Shown here piece by piece: positions 37,467 to 51,110 of a stretch of 64,000 bases of DNA (the stretch's first letter is position 1; each line of letters begins with the position of its first letter). The notes under the pieces are model-generated. The model searched no databases. It saw only the letters and a program-made list of their open reading frames with translations, and had not been told where the DNA came from. The stretch comes from Octopus vulgaris (Eukaryota): positions 22,320,001-22,384,000 of the forward strand of contig OX597814.1 of NCBI GenBank assembly GCA_951406725.2, given 5' to 3'. The position numbers and the translations under genes were made by a program.

Positions 37467-39730
37467 TGTAGTGACGCTATACAGCGGCGCGCGCGCGCAC
37501 CGTCCATTCCTGTTTCGCGCGTGCGGGGTTGGTGCTTTCACCACCGGAAGTAGGAGTTTGCTGACGTGGCGTTTGGCTTGTATGGCGAAGGGAAGGTGAA
37601 CCTTAAAAGGGGTCCGAAGTGATAGCAGCAGCAGGCAGTGACTTGAGACATGGCTATCGAAGGCAACGGTCACGTATATTTTTACGTCTGCGTTTTGTGT
37701 TTCTTTGACGGGTAGAATTCTGGATTATTAAAGCAACGGAAAGTGATTGCTTCTCGCACCCCCAAAAGGTCCAGAGAAGATATTCACACACATCTCTCGT
37801 TACAGTGGTGACCCCCGACGTGATTCTGGTCTAAAACCAGAGATCACTTAACAACAAAGAAATCCAGTTTTTCTGCGAAGTCGGAACACGATTAACTCTA
37901 CGCATTCATCTTTCGACGATTTGTTTCCGTCCTCTCGGACCGTTATAGAGGGAGCCCTTTTCTTATTCTTCAACAATGATGACGGACGCCATCATATCAT
38001 CGATGCCTTTTCTCTACCGTCGTCATCGTCGTCTTAGAACTTCACGTCGTCGTTATCTTCGTCGCCATCAACACTAAGAACAATGTTGTCTCAAGTCCAC
38101 TACAGTCGCCTTCCACCACCACCGTCGCCTTTCAACACCGTCGACCAAGATGTACATAGCAACTCGCGGAACTTTAGCTTTCACGCTGTTCGTGTATAGC
38201 GCGCCAAGAATTAACAGCCCAGCACTATCTACGAGATTCTTCTGTTCCAGTTAACCTGTCACAGCATTGAAGCCACAACCGCTACACGATATGTGTTCAA
38301 TCGGCATCTGCATTTGTGATCTCAACATTCTGTTACAGAACGAACTGCTATTGTGCATCAGGCTATTACAGACTGGTAAATTAACTCCATTGTCTGGAAT
38401 AGCCCTGAGAGACATTTTTTCTATGCGCTGTATTTATTTTTTTTGCTCGCATTTCACCTTGTATGTATTTTTGTCGCACACACGTACACACACATAAATG
38501 CTATCTCTCTCACATACATACGTCACACATGCTTTTCTCGCTTGTTTTTTTTTCATGCTAAATTTTGCCTTTTGTGGACACACCTCATTTCTATAGACCC
38601 TGTTTTTCGGTCTGGCAAGCTCTATTGCATTTCATGCGCCTTTGCTTCGCACGTGTATTGCCTTGTTTTTGCAACACGTTTGCGTTAGCTTAATTCTTTT
38701 CCCTGTTAGACCCCTGTTGGTCACGGAATTAACAGAGAAAATTATCTGTGTCGCGCATCACACCAGCATGCTTGCACTGTCGCCTTTTGTGTTACTGGCG
38801 ATCTATCTGTCGATTCCATTTCCTCTCCTGCAGCAATTGACTTAACTGCTATTTCGCAGGATCAACTACCTTTAGAGAAGTTGGATTTAATTTCGCCTAG
38901 GTTCATTAACTGTGAGTTTGCTTTCCTCCCGCTCCCTACAGCGGAAGGCTCTATACTTTGTGACGTATCCACTTTCACGCATGCACCTTTGATTTTGCTC
39001 ATTTTGAGTATTTTTTCCTTTTGGTAAATTTCTTATGTATGATGTAAATTTTGCCATTTTTATTATATTGTGTGCTATTTGGTTATCTGGTATCCACCTT
39101 GAGTTTTATAGTCACTACAAGGAATTTTGTGTCGTGCTTTCGCACTGGGGTGGAGCTCTGTAGTGGCGCTATACAGCGGCGCGCGCGCGCACCGTCCATT
39201 CCTGTTTCGCGCGTGCGGATTTGGTGCTTTCACCACCGGAAGTAGGAATTTGCTGACGTGGCGTTTGGCTTGTATGGCGAAGGGAAGGTGAACCTTAAAA
39301 GGGGTCCGGAGTGATAGCAGCAGCAGGCAGTGACTTGAGACATGGCTATCGAAGGCAACGGTCACGTATATTTTCTCTCTGTCCGAATTTGATTCTAGCA
39401 GCAGTCGGCCGAAAGCTTTTAACCAAATTGTTGCCGACCACATCATCTTCCCTGTTCCGGACGCCATCTTTAACCCGTTCTGTTTTTAGCGGCTGAACAT
39501 TGTAAATATTACAATCGATTAACTTTCAGCCTTGCGCGCCCAGAACCAAGAACATCAGATATACCACTGATTTCTCACCGGTATAAAACAATAAAGTATA
39601 TCTATTTTTTACGTCTGCGTCTTGTTGTTTCTGACAATTAGAGAATCTGGATTATTAAAGCAACGGAAAGTGATTGCTTCTCGCACCCCCAAAAGGTCCA
39701 GAGAAGATATTCACACACATACTCGTTACA
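37467..39730 (+). mobile_element. Non-autonomous LTR retrotransposon (LTRs 37467-37804 and 39159-39730; no gag/pol)
   Basis: Both LTRs run TGTAG...TTACA. PBS at 37806-37824, purine-rich tract ggggtggag just before the 3' LTR, 4-bp TSD tatc (37463-37466 and 39731-39734). Splits a family-B SINE core. Confidence 0.92.
37806..37824 (+). promoter_or_regulatory. Primer-binding site complementary to the tRNA-Trp 3' end
   Basis: TGGTGACCCCCGACGTGAT versus the reverse complement of the metazoan tRNA-Trp(CCA) 3' end, TGGTGACCCCGACGTGAT (one extra C). Lies 1 nt after the 5' LTR. Confidence 0.85.
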
Positions 39731-40104
39731 TATCACTCAAGTATTGGGTTGAAATCATCGATTTGTCCCTACCCCGCCCCTATCTGAAACTACGTTCTAT
39801 GTCATATGCTTTTATATTAGTATCGAACTTCTGATTTGCTTTTCATCATTCATGGGTTGATAAACTATATCTGAGTACTCCACATGGATTTAAACAATCG
39901 ATTTATTGACTTCTTAAGTAAAATTGAAGCCTTGTGCTTAATGTAAAAAAATAATAATTAATCGCCACCAAGGAAACTCTGGACAGAAATATATTAACGA
40001 ATAAATAAGGAAATTGGAAAATGATTAAAAGATGTTAAACGGTTTCGTGATTTGAAGTAAGGCAATGAGTGTTGTTAGAAGGAAGGGCGTTACCATCCTC
40101 CGCT

Positions 40105-40430
40105 CTATCATCATTATTGTTGTTGATGGTCGCCGTCGTCCTCGTTGTCGTCGTCGTCGTCGTCCTCTTCCTACCCCCTCCCCCTCCCCTCCCCTTCCCC
40201 CCTCCTCCTCCTCATCATCATCATCACCGCCACCACCAGTACCAGCACCACCAGCACCAGCACCACCAGCACCAGCACCAGCACCAGCACCAGCACCAGC
40301 AGCACCAGCACCACCAGCACCAGCACCACCAGCACCACCACCAACCACCACCACCACCACCACCACCACCACCACCACCACCACCAACCACCATCACCAC
40401 CACCACCACCAACATCAACAACAACGTCAT
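40105..40430. repeat. Compound tri-/hexanucleotide microsatellite (TCG, CCT, CAT, CCAGCA, CCA, CAA)
   Basis: Directly visible. Generates homopolymer ORFs in several frames on both strands. Confidence 0.95.
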
Positions 40431-42304
40431 GTGATTGCAGAGTGGCTAGGGCACTGGGCTAAATGATGCTTTATAGCATTTAGTTTCGTCTCAATGCGTC
40501 TTGACTTCAATCATTATCGACTTTATTTATTTTTCGCTCGTCTGGGGGGTTCATTAGATAATAAATAACCTGGCAAGTATGCAACTTACACAAATTTTGT
40601 GTCGAAGAAATCGTTATTATTACTTGATTTCAAAAATACCCATAGCAACTTTGAAACAAATACATATTGTGTTATGTTTTGATCTGTGATGTTTAGCGCG
40701 AGTATTATGAATAAAATTTATAACCAGAGAGGTTAAGGAATATCTCTTTAAATTAGTAAGAAAGAGGAATTTATGTTGTTACTTAATGTCCCAGAAATAT
40801 AGTTCACCGTCGTTTATTATGTGTGAACTTCTTTCACTAAAATATGACACGAGAATTTGGTAAGGTGAGCGGTGTTGTTAAGCAAGAAGAAAGGTCAATA
40901 TATAACCAGAAAGGTCAGCAGATAATCAGAAAAAGGTCAGTAGGTAGTCACGTATGGAATGGATGAAACTGAAAAATGAGATTCGTGTTTGTATATGTAA
41001 GATTACTTAATTTAATATGGGTGTCATTTCCGATTTAGAATTTATAAAGCCTTCTGCGTACGAAAAGCAAACGGTAGTTTTCTATATCACACACACACAC
41101 ACACACACAAACGGACACGGGCACACACACACAAACGGACACGGGCACACACACACACGGACACGCACGCACACACACATACACACACACACACATACGG
41201 CCACGCACGCACGCAGTCTTACACACATACACACACATGCACACTTACACTTACACTGCACAAATTCAAACACTTTATGTACACCTACATTTTCACATAT
41301 ACTCAAGGAAGAATACAGAATATTAGGAAACTATCCGAGACCACATGCGTAAATAAATACAGTGAATATCCAATAGTACACTTTTCTTGTATACATATAT
41401 ATACATTCACCTAATTATACATTGTAACGTATGTGGGGTTACATATTTTATATCTTTGTTTATCAACATATGAACTGTTTCTTGCCACTATGGACAATGA
41501 AATATCAATTAAAAAAAGCCAACCATAGGGGAGCCTGTACATGGAATACTGATATGCTAGAAATAGCAACTAAATCGCCTTCAAATAATGCTTTAGCGTC
41601 TTAGAAAACTAGGACGTATTAAATAACGCAGTCCCATGTCCGCTGAACATAAAAATAATATTTATATTCATTTAATCATGGGTCGTTCATTCGGAGCTAG
41701 CTGGCAATAAACAAAAACGTGTCAAAGTTTGTGTACTTTTAACTTTGGTATATAATTATTTCCTTCATATGTCAGGTTGCATTTCATGGTGGGAAAGAAA
41801 CAAATGCGTCTTTGATCTTAATTGATATACCTAATCAAGATAATATTTCTCCCTCTTTCATAACATAATCCCATTTATCTGGCAAACTGTCAATTCCTCG
41901 GGCGTAAAATTCTTCAGATTTCGAAATGAAGAAACATTCAATATCTTTCCAAAAGTAATAAGTTGTTTTCCATGTAAATAATTACTGCAATGATCTGAAA
42001 AGATAGTTAAATGGAGCAAAGCCAGGGGAGTAAAGAGGAATGAGACGAAGTGACTTGATCAATATGTGGTCATGCAATATCGTGTACGAGCAATACACCT
42101 TCACAACTGACCAATGATGGGTGCTTTTATATTTAAATTTTGATACATATTATTGCTAGTAACCTTAAGTTGTTTCTCTGAATATGTAATGATTCATTGA
42201 GTTTTGTCAAGAGAAATACATTCCTCAGTCACAAATTTGTGGAAATGTTTTTAAACTTCTCTCGTATGTATTTTAATTATTATAATATAATGCCTGCGTT
42301 CTAT

Positions 42305-42530
42305 ATTTATTCCTTAATTGCCCATAGGGGGCTAAACATAGAGGGGACAAACAAAGACAGACAAAGGAATTACACCGACCCTGGTGCGTAACTGATACTT
42401 ATTTAATCGACCCCGAAAGGATGAAAGCAAAGTCGACCTCGGCGGAATTTGAACCCAGAACGTAACAACAGATGAAATATCGCTAGGCATTTAGCCCGGC
42501 GTGCTCATGATTTTGCCAGCTCGCCGCCCT
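42305..42530 (-). mobile_element. SINE family B monomer
   Basis: Full head and core. cctgcgttcta(t/a)att flanks both sides (TSD-like; 42293 and 42532). Confidence 0.88.
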
Positions 42531-45285
42531 CCTGCGTTCTAAATTGCTATAATAATATCATAGGCACAACACCTCTTGGTTATATAGAAACTTTAATATC
42601 ATTAATACGTAAGCAAAATACGACCACGGGTGTGATTTGGTATCATTTACCATGCTTTCACTATGTTATGTAAAGCGTGGCCTTAAATATTATACAAGGA
42701 TATGAATACACGTGCTGGTTTTAGTACTGTACTGTCTTAAGTTTTCGAAATATTCCATACAAATGCTATCCATTTGTACTGATAATGGTGGATAGATAAA
42801 TAACCTTTTTCCCTTTTGGGTGAATTTACTTCTTGATCTCGAAGTCAACAGTACTTATGAATCATGTTGCATAAAAACGTTGCATAACACGAAGATACCA
42901 ACTGATGACACCGAGGACATGCTGCACATACAACATGTCCTTATTTTATTAGTTGGTATGTTTACCCGTTGATGGTGTATTTGGCCTGTTTTTCTCTAAT
43001 TCTGACAACTGACAATACTTCGTCCGTTGTAAATAGGTTAATCAAATCAAGGCAGGTCATTTAGCATGATAAGATTAGTATGTTCTTTAGCGATTAAATA
43101 TTCTGTGGTAGCTTATTTAATGCAAAGATAATCAAGAAGCTAACGATGAATAATAATGCGTTAAGGAAAAATAAACTATATTGGCCTTTGATTAATATAA
43201 TTATTTTTCTGGAAGCGATACAATTCTGGGGTGGTTTCGGTGCTATTATGGTCTCATCAGCAATTATGAACTCTATTGCAATTGATAAAATAGTAGTAGA
43301 AGAATTATAAATAAATGTACGAAAATGTACACAGGGTAACTTAGAAAACTGGAATTACTTCGAGATTTAACATAACTACTGTTTTTCACGCAGATGGTGT
43401 CGCTTTGTAAATGGCTCGGTATTAATTCTATAAATTCTGTTAAATTAGCTTATAAAGAAGAAATGAGTAACCTAAAACACGTTCTTGAAATCGAACCTTT
43501 CTATATAATCCACTGTTATTCAGAAGCAGAATGTAACGGTTTTAACAAAACCCACTGAGATTCTACTCTATCTGAAAAAGTTCAGCGATTATGCAAAACT
43601 ATCTGAAAATTACCCGTTACAAAAGCACTACCAAAGCAAAACAGAAACAAAGAGATGCAAAAAGCGTACAAGTTGTATTTTGCATGCATATATGTAAGTT
43701 ATTTTAAAGACGCGGACATAGCTTTATGGTACAAATGTTGCGTTTAGAACTACCTGTTTCGGGAATAGATCCCACTTTAAACAATAACTCGTGCTATAGC
43801 TTCTTGTTAGCCTCCATACGTGAAATGAAACAGTTACATTGGAACTGTACAGTAAGCCATTGCATTTGCGCGCACGCGTACCTTGATAGAAACGTGGGGG
43901 CACCAATACATTATACGGCGTGTTTTCGGCGTTTTTAGAACTGAGGGAGTATATTCGTCTCAGGTCCCACTACAATCAGTTTCTAGGAGAAAGAAAGATA
44001 GGCGGCCAGAAAGAAAGAGTGAGTGATTTAGAAGAATTGATTCGAGTATAGAACTGGTATTTTATCTATTGACCCCGAAAGAATGAACAGCAAATTGACC
44101 TCGCTGGGATTTGAACTCAGGCTGTAGAAAGTCGGAAACAATGACTGCAAAGCAAACTATCTGTGACTCTGCCGACTCCACCTTATGTGTATATATGTGT
44201 ATACGTGTATGTTAGTGAGCCTGTGTGTATGTTTGTTTGCTAGTTTGTATGTGTGTGTGTATGTGTATGCATATGTGTGTGTGTATGTGCGTGTGGGTGT
44301 ATGTGTGAGTGTCTGCTTGCTACTCTCGTGTACTTTATGTCAAAAAGCATAACTTGCCGATTTAATAAATATTGATTCGATAAAATAAGTTGCAGACTGG
44401 AATCAACTAAAACCGTAGAATGAGGTGCCACAGCATGGTCGCAACCACTGACAGAAATCAGGAAAAATAATAAAAGAATAAAACGACTTTAGGCGGTTCA
44501 GAATAAACAAAGACTTTAATGCTAAATCGAACTGCTATCATGAATGCTGAACAGATGATACGAAACAGAAAAGCATATATTGCTATGGAATGAAAAGTCC
44601 ATATTTGATAGAAGACCAGAATGAAATCAAAGAAGCAGTGCACATGACGGTTGTTGTTAGCTCAGTGAGTAAGCTTAGCGCTGATATTAGTTCATTGTGG
44701 CCGCCATTATTAACAGGTAATGTTAAATAACATTATATTGCAACAATAATTATTTGTACATCGATGGTCTAGTGAATAAAGACATTATTAATACCCGTGG
44801 TTTAGTAATAAAGGTTCCTACATAACCTGTGTAGCCAACTGCAGGTAATTTAAGCCATTATCTGTAATGCTTTCATTACGAATTTCGCACGTTCTACTGT
44901 CCAGGTAAACTAATTATTGTTAAGCTGGTAGCAAGGATGTTTGCTAATGATTTTCGCAATGACGACAACAGAAGCACGAAATTCTCCGGAACTGGGTATA
45001 ATTAATTACGCTTTAGCTATTTTAGAACATACATAGGTGTGTGTTGGAAAATGTCATTTAAAAATGTTACATTTTAATAGTTTGCTCAATGATGTAAGAT
45101 TTAATTTAAATCGCTGGTCTGCTTTATCTCTTGAATAAGAAATTAGAGGAATAGGAATCCACTACTAATAGATATAGAAATCTATTGCCAAGAAAGCAAA
45201 CACAAACAGGTTAACTATTGTAAGCAAACACCAATGTGAACAATTGCTAGAAAAATTTGTTTCTTACATAATATATATATATGTA

Positions 45286-45318
<33 letters not shown>

Positions 45319-48300
45319 CTTTGTATCTTTGTGTTTGCACCACCTCCCTCCACACTTGGCAACTGGGTAAACGGGGTATGCAGATCGCACAATGTGACCG
45401 CTGTATATACGTATTGTAGTTCTTGTTGAAGGTACGTTACGTTTAAGGAAGAGGACATCTAATTTGGTTACCATACAGGGCGGCCAAAACCCAGGACAAA
45501 GTCAAAGAAACGCAACACTTTTCCAGAACCTTTGAAGATTGTATTTGCATATAATTTAAATCATTTAATAAAAATAGTTCAAGCCACAAATAAAAAGTTT
45601 ATTCCTATATTTTGACTATATTTTTAAGGACTACAACTTGAGCGTTTAAATAGAATGAAAACAGTGAAAATGCAATACTAGGAAAGGCTACTACTACACA
45701 GATAATTCTCATTGAGAAAATGTTTCTTAATTTTCAAATTTCTATACTACGTTGAATTTATGAACTTCCTAGTTTTCACAAAGAGCCAGTGACCAAATAC
45801 AAAAAAAGCAATTAAAAATAGACACGAAAAATTAATAGAATAAACATGACACAAAAATACACATTCCTCTCTAAGACACATTTTTCCTACTCACTTTTAT
45901 TTCTCATTAATTCTTGCTGCCCCGGCTACCCTCTAGATTCTGGCTTTGTTCTGAAATTTGGTACAATAGGTGTAAGGAGAATCCATTCATTTCATCACTC
46001 ATGTATATTATCTTGATTTCATTCCAGCTACTTTACCTCAAAATTTCCATCCACTATTCCTCTAAGATCATCTGGTATTTCTTTTTCTTACAAATTCTTT
46101 CAATTACCAACACTTAGATTTTTGCAGGATTAGTTTACGACTCGCATTAAAGCACCAATCTCACATGACTTCATTCTGAAGTACTCATTTTCAGTGGTTT
46201 TAGAGTACATAACTGCTCTTCTTGTTTCTGTACTCATCCTAAATATCCTTGAGCACTGTTTAACTCTAAACTCAATCATCGATGTCTCTGTAGTTTCAAA
46301 TGATCTCATCTTTGAGGCAAGGCACTTGATATTATCCTACTGCATACGACCCTAAATTCTAACTCTGTTCTACATCAATTTACCTCACAGACTGAATCCC
46401 CATTAGCTTTATGCTGAATAGCTATGACCGAAAATGTGTTCTATATATCTGAGAATCTAAGAGGTGGACAAAATCAATCTTCCTAGTTTGATTAGATCAC
46501 TCACACAATTACAACTAAATCCCACAAGCCTTCTATAACACTACCACTTTGTCAGCATCATCTTGGACACTTTTATCTATCAAAGCCTATACAAATGCAA
46601 AGAAAAAAACTTTCGTGCATCTCACGGTCAGCCCACCTAAAAATGGCTGCAATGTGTTCTACCAGCATTGACAAATCCTCATCCCCAGCATTTCTTAATC
46701 AAGTTCTGTCATCAGCAATCACGTTTCACTTTTTTAACTCCTCCCAAATCCCTTCACAATTTACTAATCTTCAATACGTCCATTTTCATTTTAACCTACA
46801 AACAGTAACCTTATGTGAAAGCTATTGTAATCGCTCCTAATTAACATATCCACGATCCCCAGCGTTTATACGTCAATGTAAATTTCTACCTTCACCAAAT
46901 TCCTTAATCTCTCTGTCTTCAGTAATAAACCTCAATCTTGGAGAAAAGTTGCTTATAACTAGGCAACTTAACGAGGACTTTCCATCTCTCACCTCTTGGA
47001 ACGAATTTCTTATAAATTGCATAATCAATCACAGCGTGTGTCTATCTAGACTCTATCAACTTTAGTGAACCCCGATCATCTGATGTGAAACTCCACAGAT
47101 TTCATTCAGCACACACACAGCTAATTTAACAATGATTCCTCTTTTGAATCAAGAAATATTTAGACATTATCAGTTAACTGAATTCTACAAAGGTTAAGTA
47201 AAACCTACATTGGATTACCACTCTAAGGTCCAATCCACCATTCAAATGAAAGCCATTTTAACTAAATAAATATGATTCATTCAGAAACAATAATCAGATT
47301 TTACAGATGGTGTGTTGTTTCATCTCACTAACTGTTCCACCTCTCGTATAGCCCGGATCCATTCCCCTAAACTATCTAATTGCATTACTCCTCCAATCAG
47401 GGCTATCCGACTAATTCTTATCATTACGTGATCCTGACTGTGTCGCAATCCCAGATTCTGCACTAAATACGTCACCCAATTCCTCCTCTTCACAGCTGCA
47501 CCTTTTTATAGTTTCCTACTTGTTCTTACATACATCGACCTACAGATGAAAAAAAAACTGAATATCAACCGCATTGATCCCTCTAATCAGAGGCGGGAAT
47601 ACAAAGGTCATGAGAACTGTACTTCGCATTTGAATATCATATTAACAGTACCAACAACAAAAATTACAATAACTTGCTTATAACAGAACCACAAAAATAG
47701 TTCAATTAATTTCTGTTATTATTTTTGACATTTTTAAGAAACTCCTTGCTTTTTGGATAAATTAAGTGTGTGAATCTAAAATAATTTCCAAGTAAATAAC
47801 TTTAGAAATATCTGTTCTTGCCAATTCGTGTTGTTTCTTTGATCAATTCCGTCACCACGCAACTCATTAATGGGGTTTAATTAACTATTCAACATCAAAT
47901 CATCGGGTGGCTTTGTTAGATGGCAATAATTATATCGCACGTAGCTAGACCTATGTAGCTAACCCGATCAAGACAAGAAATTATTATTAAAGCCATAATG
48001 TATTTGACATTTGTCACTCAGTATAAATAACAGACGATAGAACTATTCTATCTGATTATATTTCATCCGCAGAGATCATGACTGGGAGGTTGTTTGAGGT
48101 AATTTACTTTATGTAACCCCGAAAACATCAATCCTAGACGTGTGTTTATATTGGCTTGACTTATCACTCACTTGGAAACCTATTTACAATTTTCATTTCG
48201 GGGTGTTTGTCTTCAATACTTCTAAATAATTGCAAACTGTTTTGATAAATATATTTATATATTTTCACCACCAGCTCCACTCTCTCTGACTGGTTTTCTG

Positions 48301-48985
48301 TTAACCTTTTAATTGCTTTATCTGATTTTTTATTTTTTCATTTTTTGAGGTTGTCACACTTGAAAAAGTTTCTTTCAACTCTGACAGGGTATTTTATAAA
48401 CAGTGTTGCAACTAGTTGAGTCGGTACGGAGTCTAAATACCAACTGAGTTGTTCAACGATTAGTAGCCTATCTTTGGTACAGCTCTGAACCAGTGACCAA
48501 AGCACTTGAATCTCGATGGCTCAGTCTCTTAGATTTTAAATAACGGAAATACTTTCTAGTATATACTGCTTTATGAAGAAGATATTTACTGTAAATCAAC
48601 GTCATAAAGAATTATGCATATTAATGAGATTGATGCTTGTTTTATGAAACCGAACCTGGCAAAAAAAGCAACAACAGGTGCCACCTCAATATTTAGTATC
48701 AACCGGCCACAGTTTCGAATTATTTTTCCCAACAGCATTTATATAGGATTTAACCTCTGATTAACTCACTAATCCTTCAAAAGACAGCTGGAGCAGAAAT
48801 TAAACTTTAATAATTAATGGATTAATGGCTGGTTGTATATGATATAACGTTTCAAATGAAACTGTATGGATCATGAGTTATGATATTAAAAAAATTTGAT
48901 GAAGCCAATTATTGTTATTCTTATACATTAACTATGTTTTCTATTTTCTTCTGTGTTAAGCTTTCTAGCTAAATTTCCCTGCATT

Positions 48986-49027
<42 letters not shown>

Positions 49028-49065
49028 GTATATATATATCCTTCAAACGTCTGCTTATCTATCTA

Positions 49066-49133
<68 letters not shown>

Positions 49134-49983
49134 AATTTTTGTTACACAAGTATCTTTTTTTCCCAATTATCTTGAATACATTTATCATATGAAAATTAAT
49201 TAATTCGGTTTGTTTTCATTTATATACTTAAAGCGAAAATTCATAAAAATTAGAATTCTCAATTATTCACAGCAAATATTGATTCAATTTAATTAAACAT
49301 AAGGCCTCAGGAAAGGGAAATTACTATGTTGAACTGTTTAAGACGGAGAAGAGAATAGTTGCATAAATGAAAAGAAATTAGAATCGAAGTCTTATCACGT
49401 TCTCAACATAAAATTTAACTTAGTTAATCTTCTTACATATTAGAAGGGGAAAACGTTTCTGTAGATTTGAACAAATTTCGTGCTTTATTGATGCTATTGT
49501 TTAGCCCTGGGTCAGTCCTGACCAAGTGGATCTATGGTAGAAAGCATAAGTGCCATGTCCATCCCACCTTCTTTGTTTTAATACATCTTTGACCCTATTT
49601 TCACAGTCATTTACCTTCTAGTACAGGAAGAAAATTTGATTGCTATTTGTAGTACATCGAGAGACCACATAAAGACTCTTTCTTTGGCGCAATATGTTTA
49701 GTTGTAATTAAAATTAGAGTAAACACGCTGTCTAGAAGATAACGTGTATGGTAGTGATATTGCGTTTTGTAAACAGTGTATGGTGTTTGGTATATGTTTT
49801 TGATAAAAAGGAATACCCATACATATTTATGCATGTACACACACGCAAACGTACATACATAGGTACGCTCGTGCATACACATTCTGCTGCCTCTCGTTAA
49901 ATTCTCTCCTTTCAACTTTTCCTTGAAGAGTGTCCCTTTCCGAAACGTTCGATTTTCCACTCCCCACAGCAAGCTCACTGTAG

Positions 49984-50166
49984 AATGCAATCATTACATC
50001 AATTTAAATATTAATGTTTCCGACTGATGAAAAAATTCTATTCATTTAATTATGCATCTTAGGATAGCCCTGCATTTAAATTGATGTAATGATTGCATTG
50101 TTCAATTAAATGGGGCCACTTGAAACGGTCGTACTACATCACCTCTTGATATCCTGTTGCCTATTT

Positions 50167-50168
<2 letters not shown>
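49984..50168 (+). mobile_element. Probable PLE terminal fragment with a 26-bp fold-back and decayed hammerhead
   Basis: 49984-50009 is the reverse complement of 50074-50099. Contains cttagga-tagccc..gggcca..GAAAC-ggtc-GTA and abuts (TA)n. Confidence 0.55.
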
Positions 50169-50247
<79 letters not shown>

Positions 50248-50262
50248 TATACATATATATTT

Positions 50263-50311
<49 letters not shown>

Positions 50312-50379
50312 ACACACACATATATATATATATATATATAATTATATACACAAGATGCAAACATATTCGAGGACATTTA

Positions 50380-51110
50380 ATTATCAGTAAATTACTGTCT
50401 TCAAAGTAGTTAAACGGATTTTATTTCTTTTAGATTTCACTAGCCCTGAAAAAAAAAATGCTAATTCAAGAAATGAAAAGACATGCAATCATTGTTACTA
50501 GATACACACCGAGTAATAAATTGCCAACTTTATAAGTGCTGCAAGATCTTTTGTGCGCAAAGTTCGGGCGGAATTGAATGTTTCTGCCAGGAAAGGTTCA
50601 TTTGCATCGTTGAGGGAAAAACAATTTTGTAAACGTTCGGACATTATAAGGTCGTCGCAATTTATCCAACGGGTTCAAAGTACCATTGAACTAAGAAAAA
50701 TCAAAGCGGGCCACCGCCAAATAAATTCAGATGTCGGGTAGTACTGTGAGAAACGAGTTCTGAATGTTGTACGTACAAAATAAAGGCCAATTCATGTCTG
50801 CAAAGAAACAGGAAATTTGTTTGATCTGTGTAAAGCGGTTACTTATTAAAGTTAAAAACTCTCACCTTATGAACATGGCATATTTTGGTTCCTCACCGAT
50901 GAGAAAAACTTTGACCGAGATCAAAAGTCTAACTAGAGAAACGACAGATTGTTATGTACAGATACTGCTGATGTCTTCCAAGTGATGCACACTAAATTCT
51001 AGCAGCTGTGATGGTTTTAGGAATGATGAGTAAGGAAGGTAATTTTATGCCAGCTCATATTTTTCTAGTTTTAGAATTAATGCCTTTAAATATATTGAGA
51101 CATTTAAATT
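50380..51110 (+). mobile_element. Decayed Tc1/mariner-superfamily transposase (probably DD37D/maT-like)
   Basis: QEMKRHAIIV..AARSFVRKVR..RSDIIRS..TDEKNFDRDQKSN*RNDRLLC..MHTKF..MVLGMMSKEGNFMPAHIF..RINA. Many lesions; the third catalytic residue is not seen. Confidence 0.7.

Noticed and set aside
40025-40466. Pro/His/Gly/Thr-rich ORFs in several frames
   Set aside because: Compound microsatellite open on both strands, with no splice or domain evidence.
42902-42945. CTGATGA plus a gaggacatg/catgtcctt hairpin
   Set aside because: No GAAA after the hairpin, so the hammerhead core is incomplete.
45900-47500. Possible ancient minus-strand LINE remnant
   Set aside because: Composition is suggestive but I could not read any diagnostic motif with confidence.
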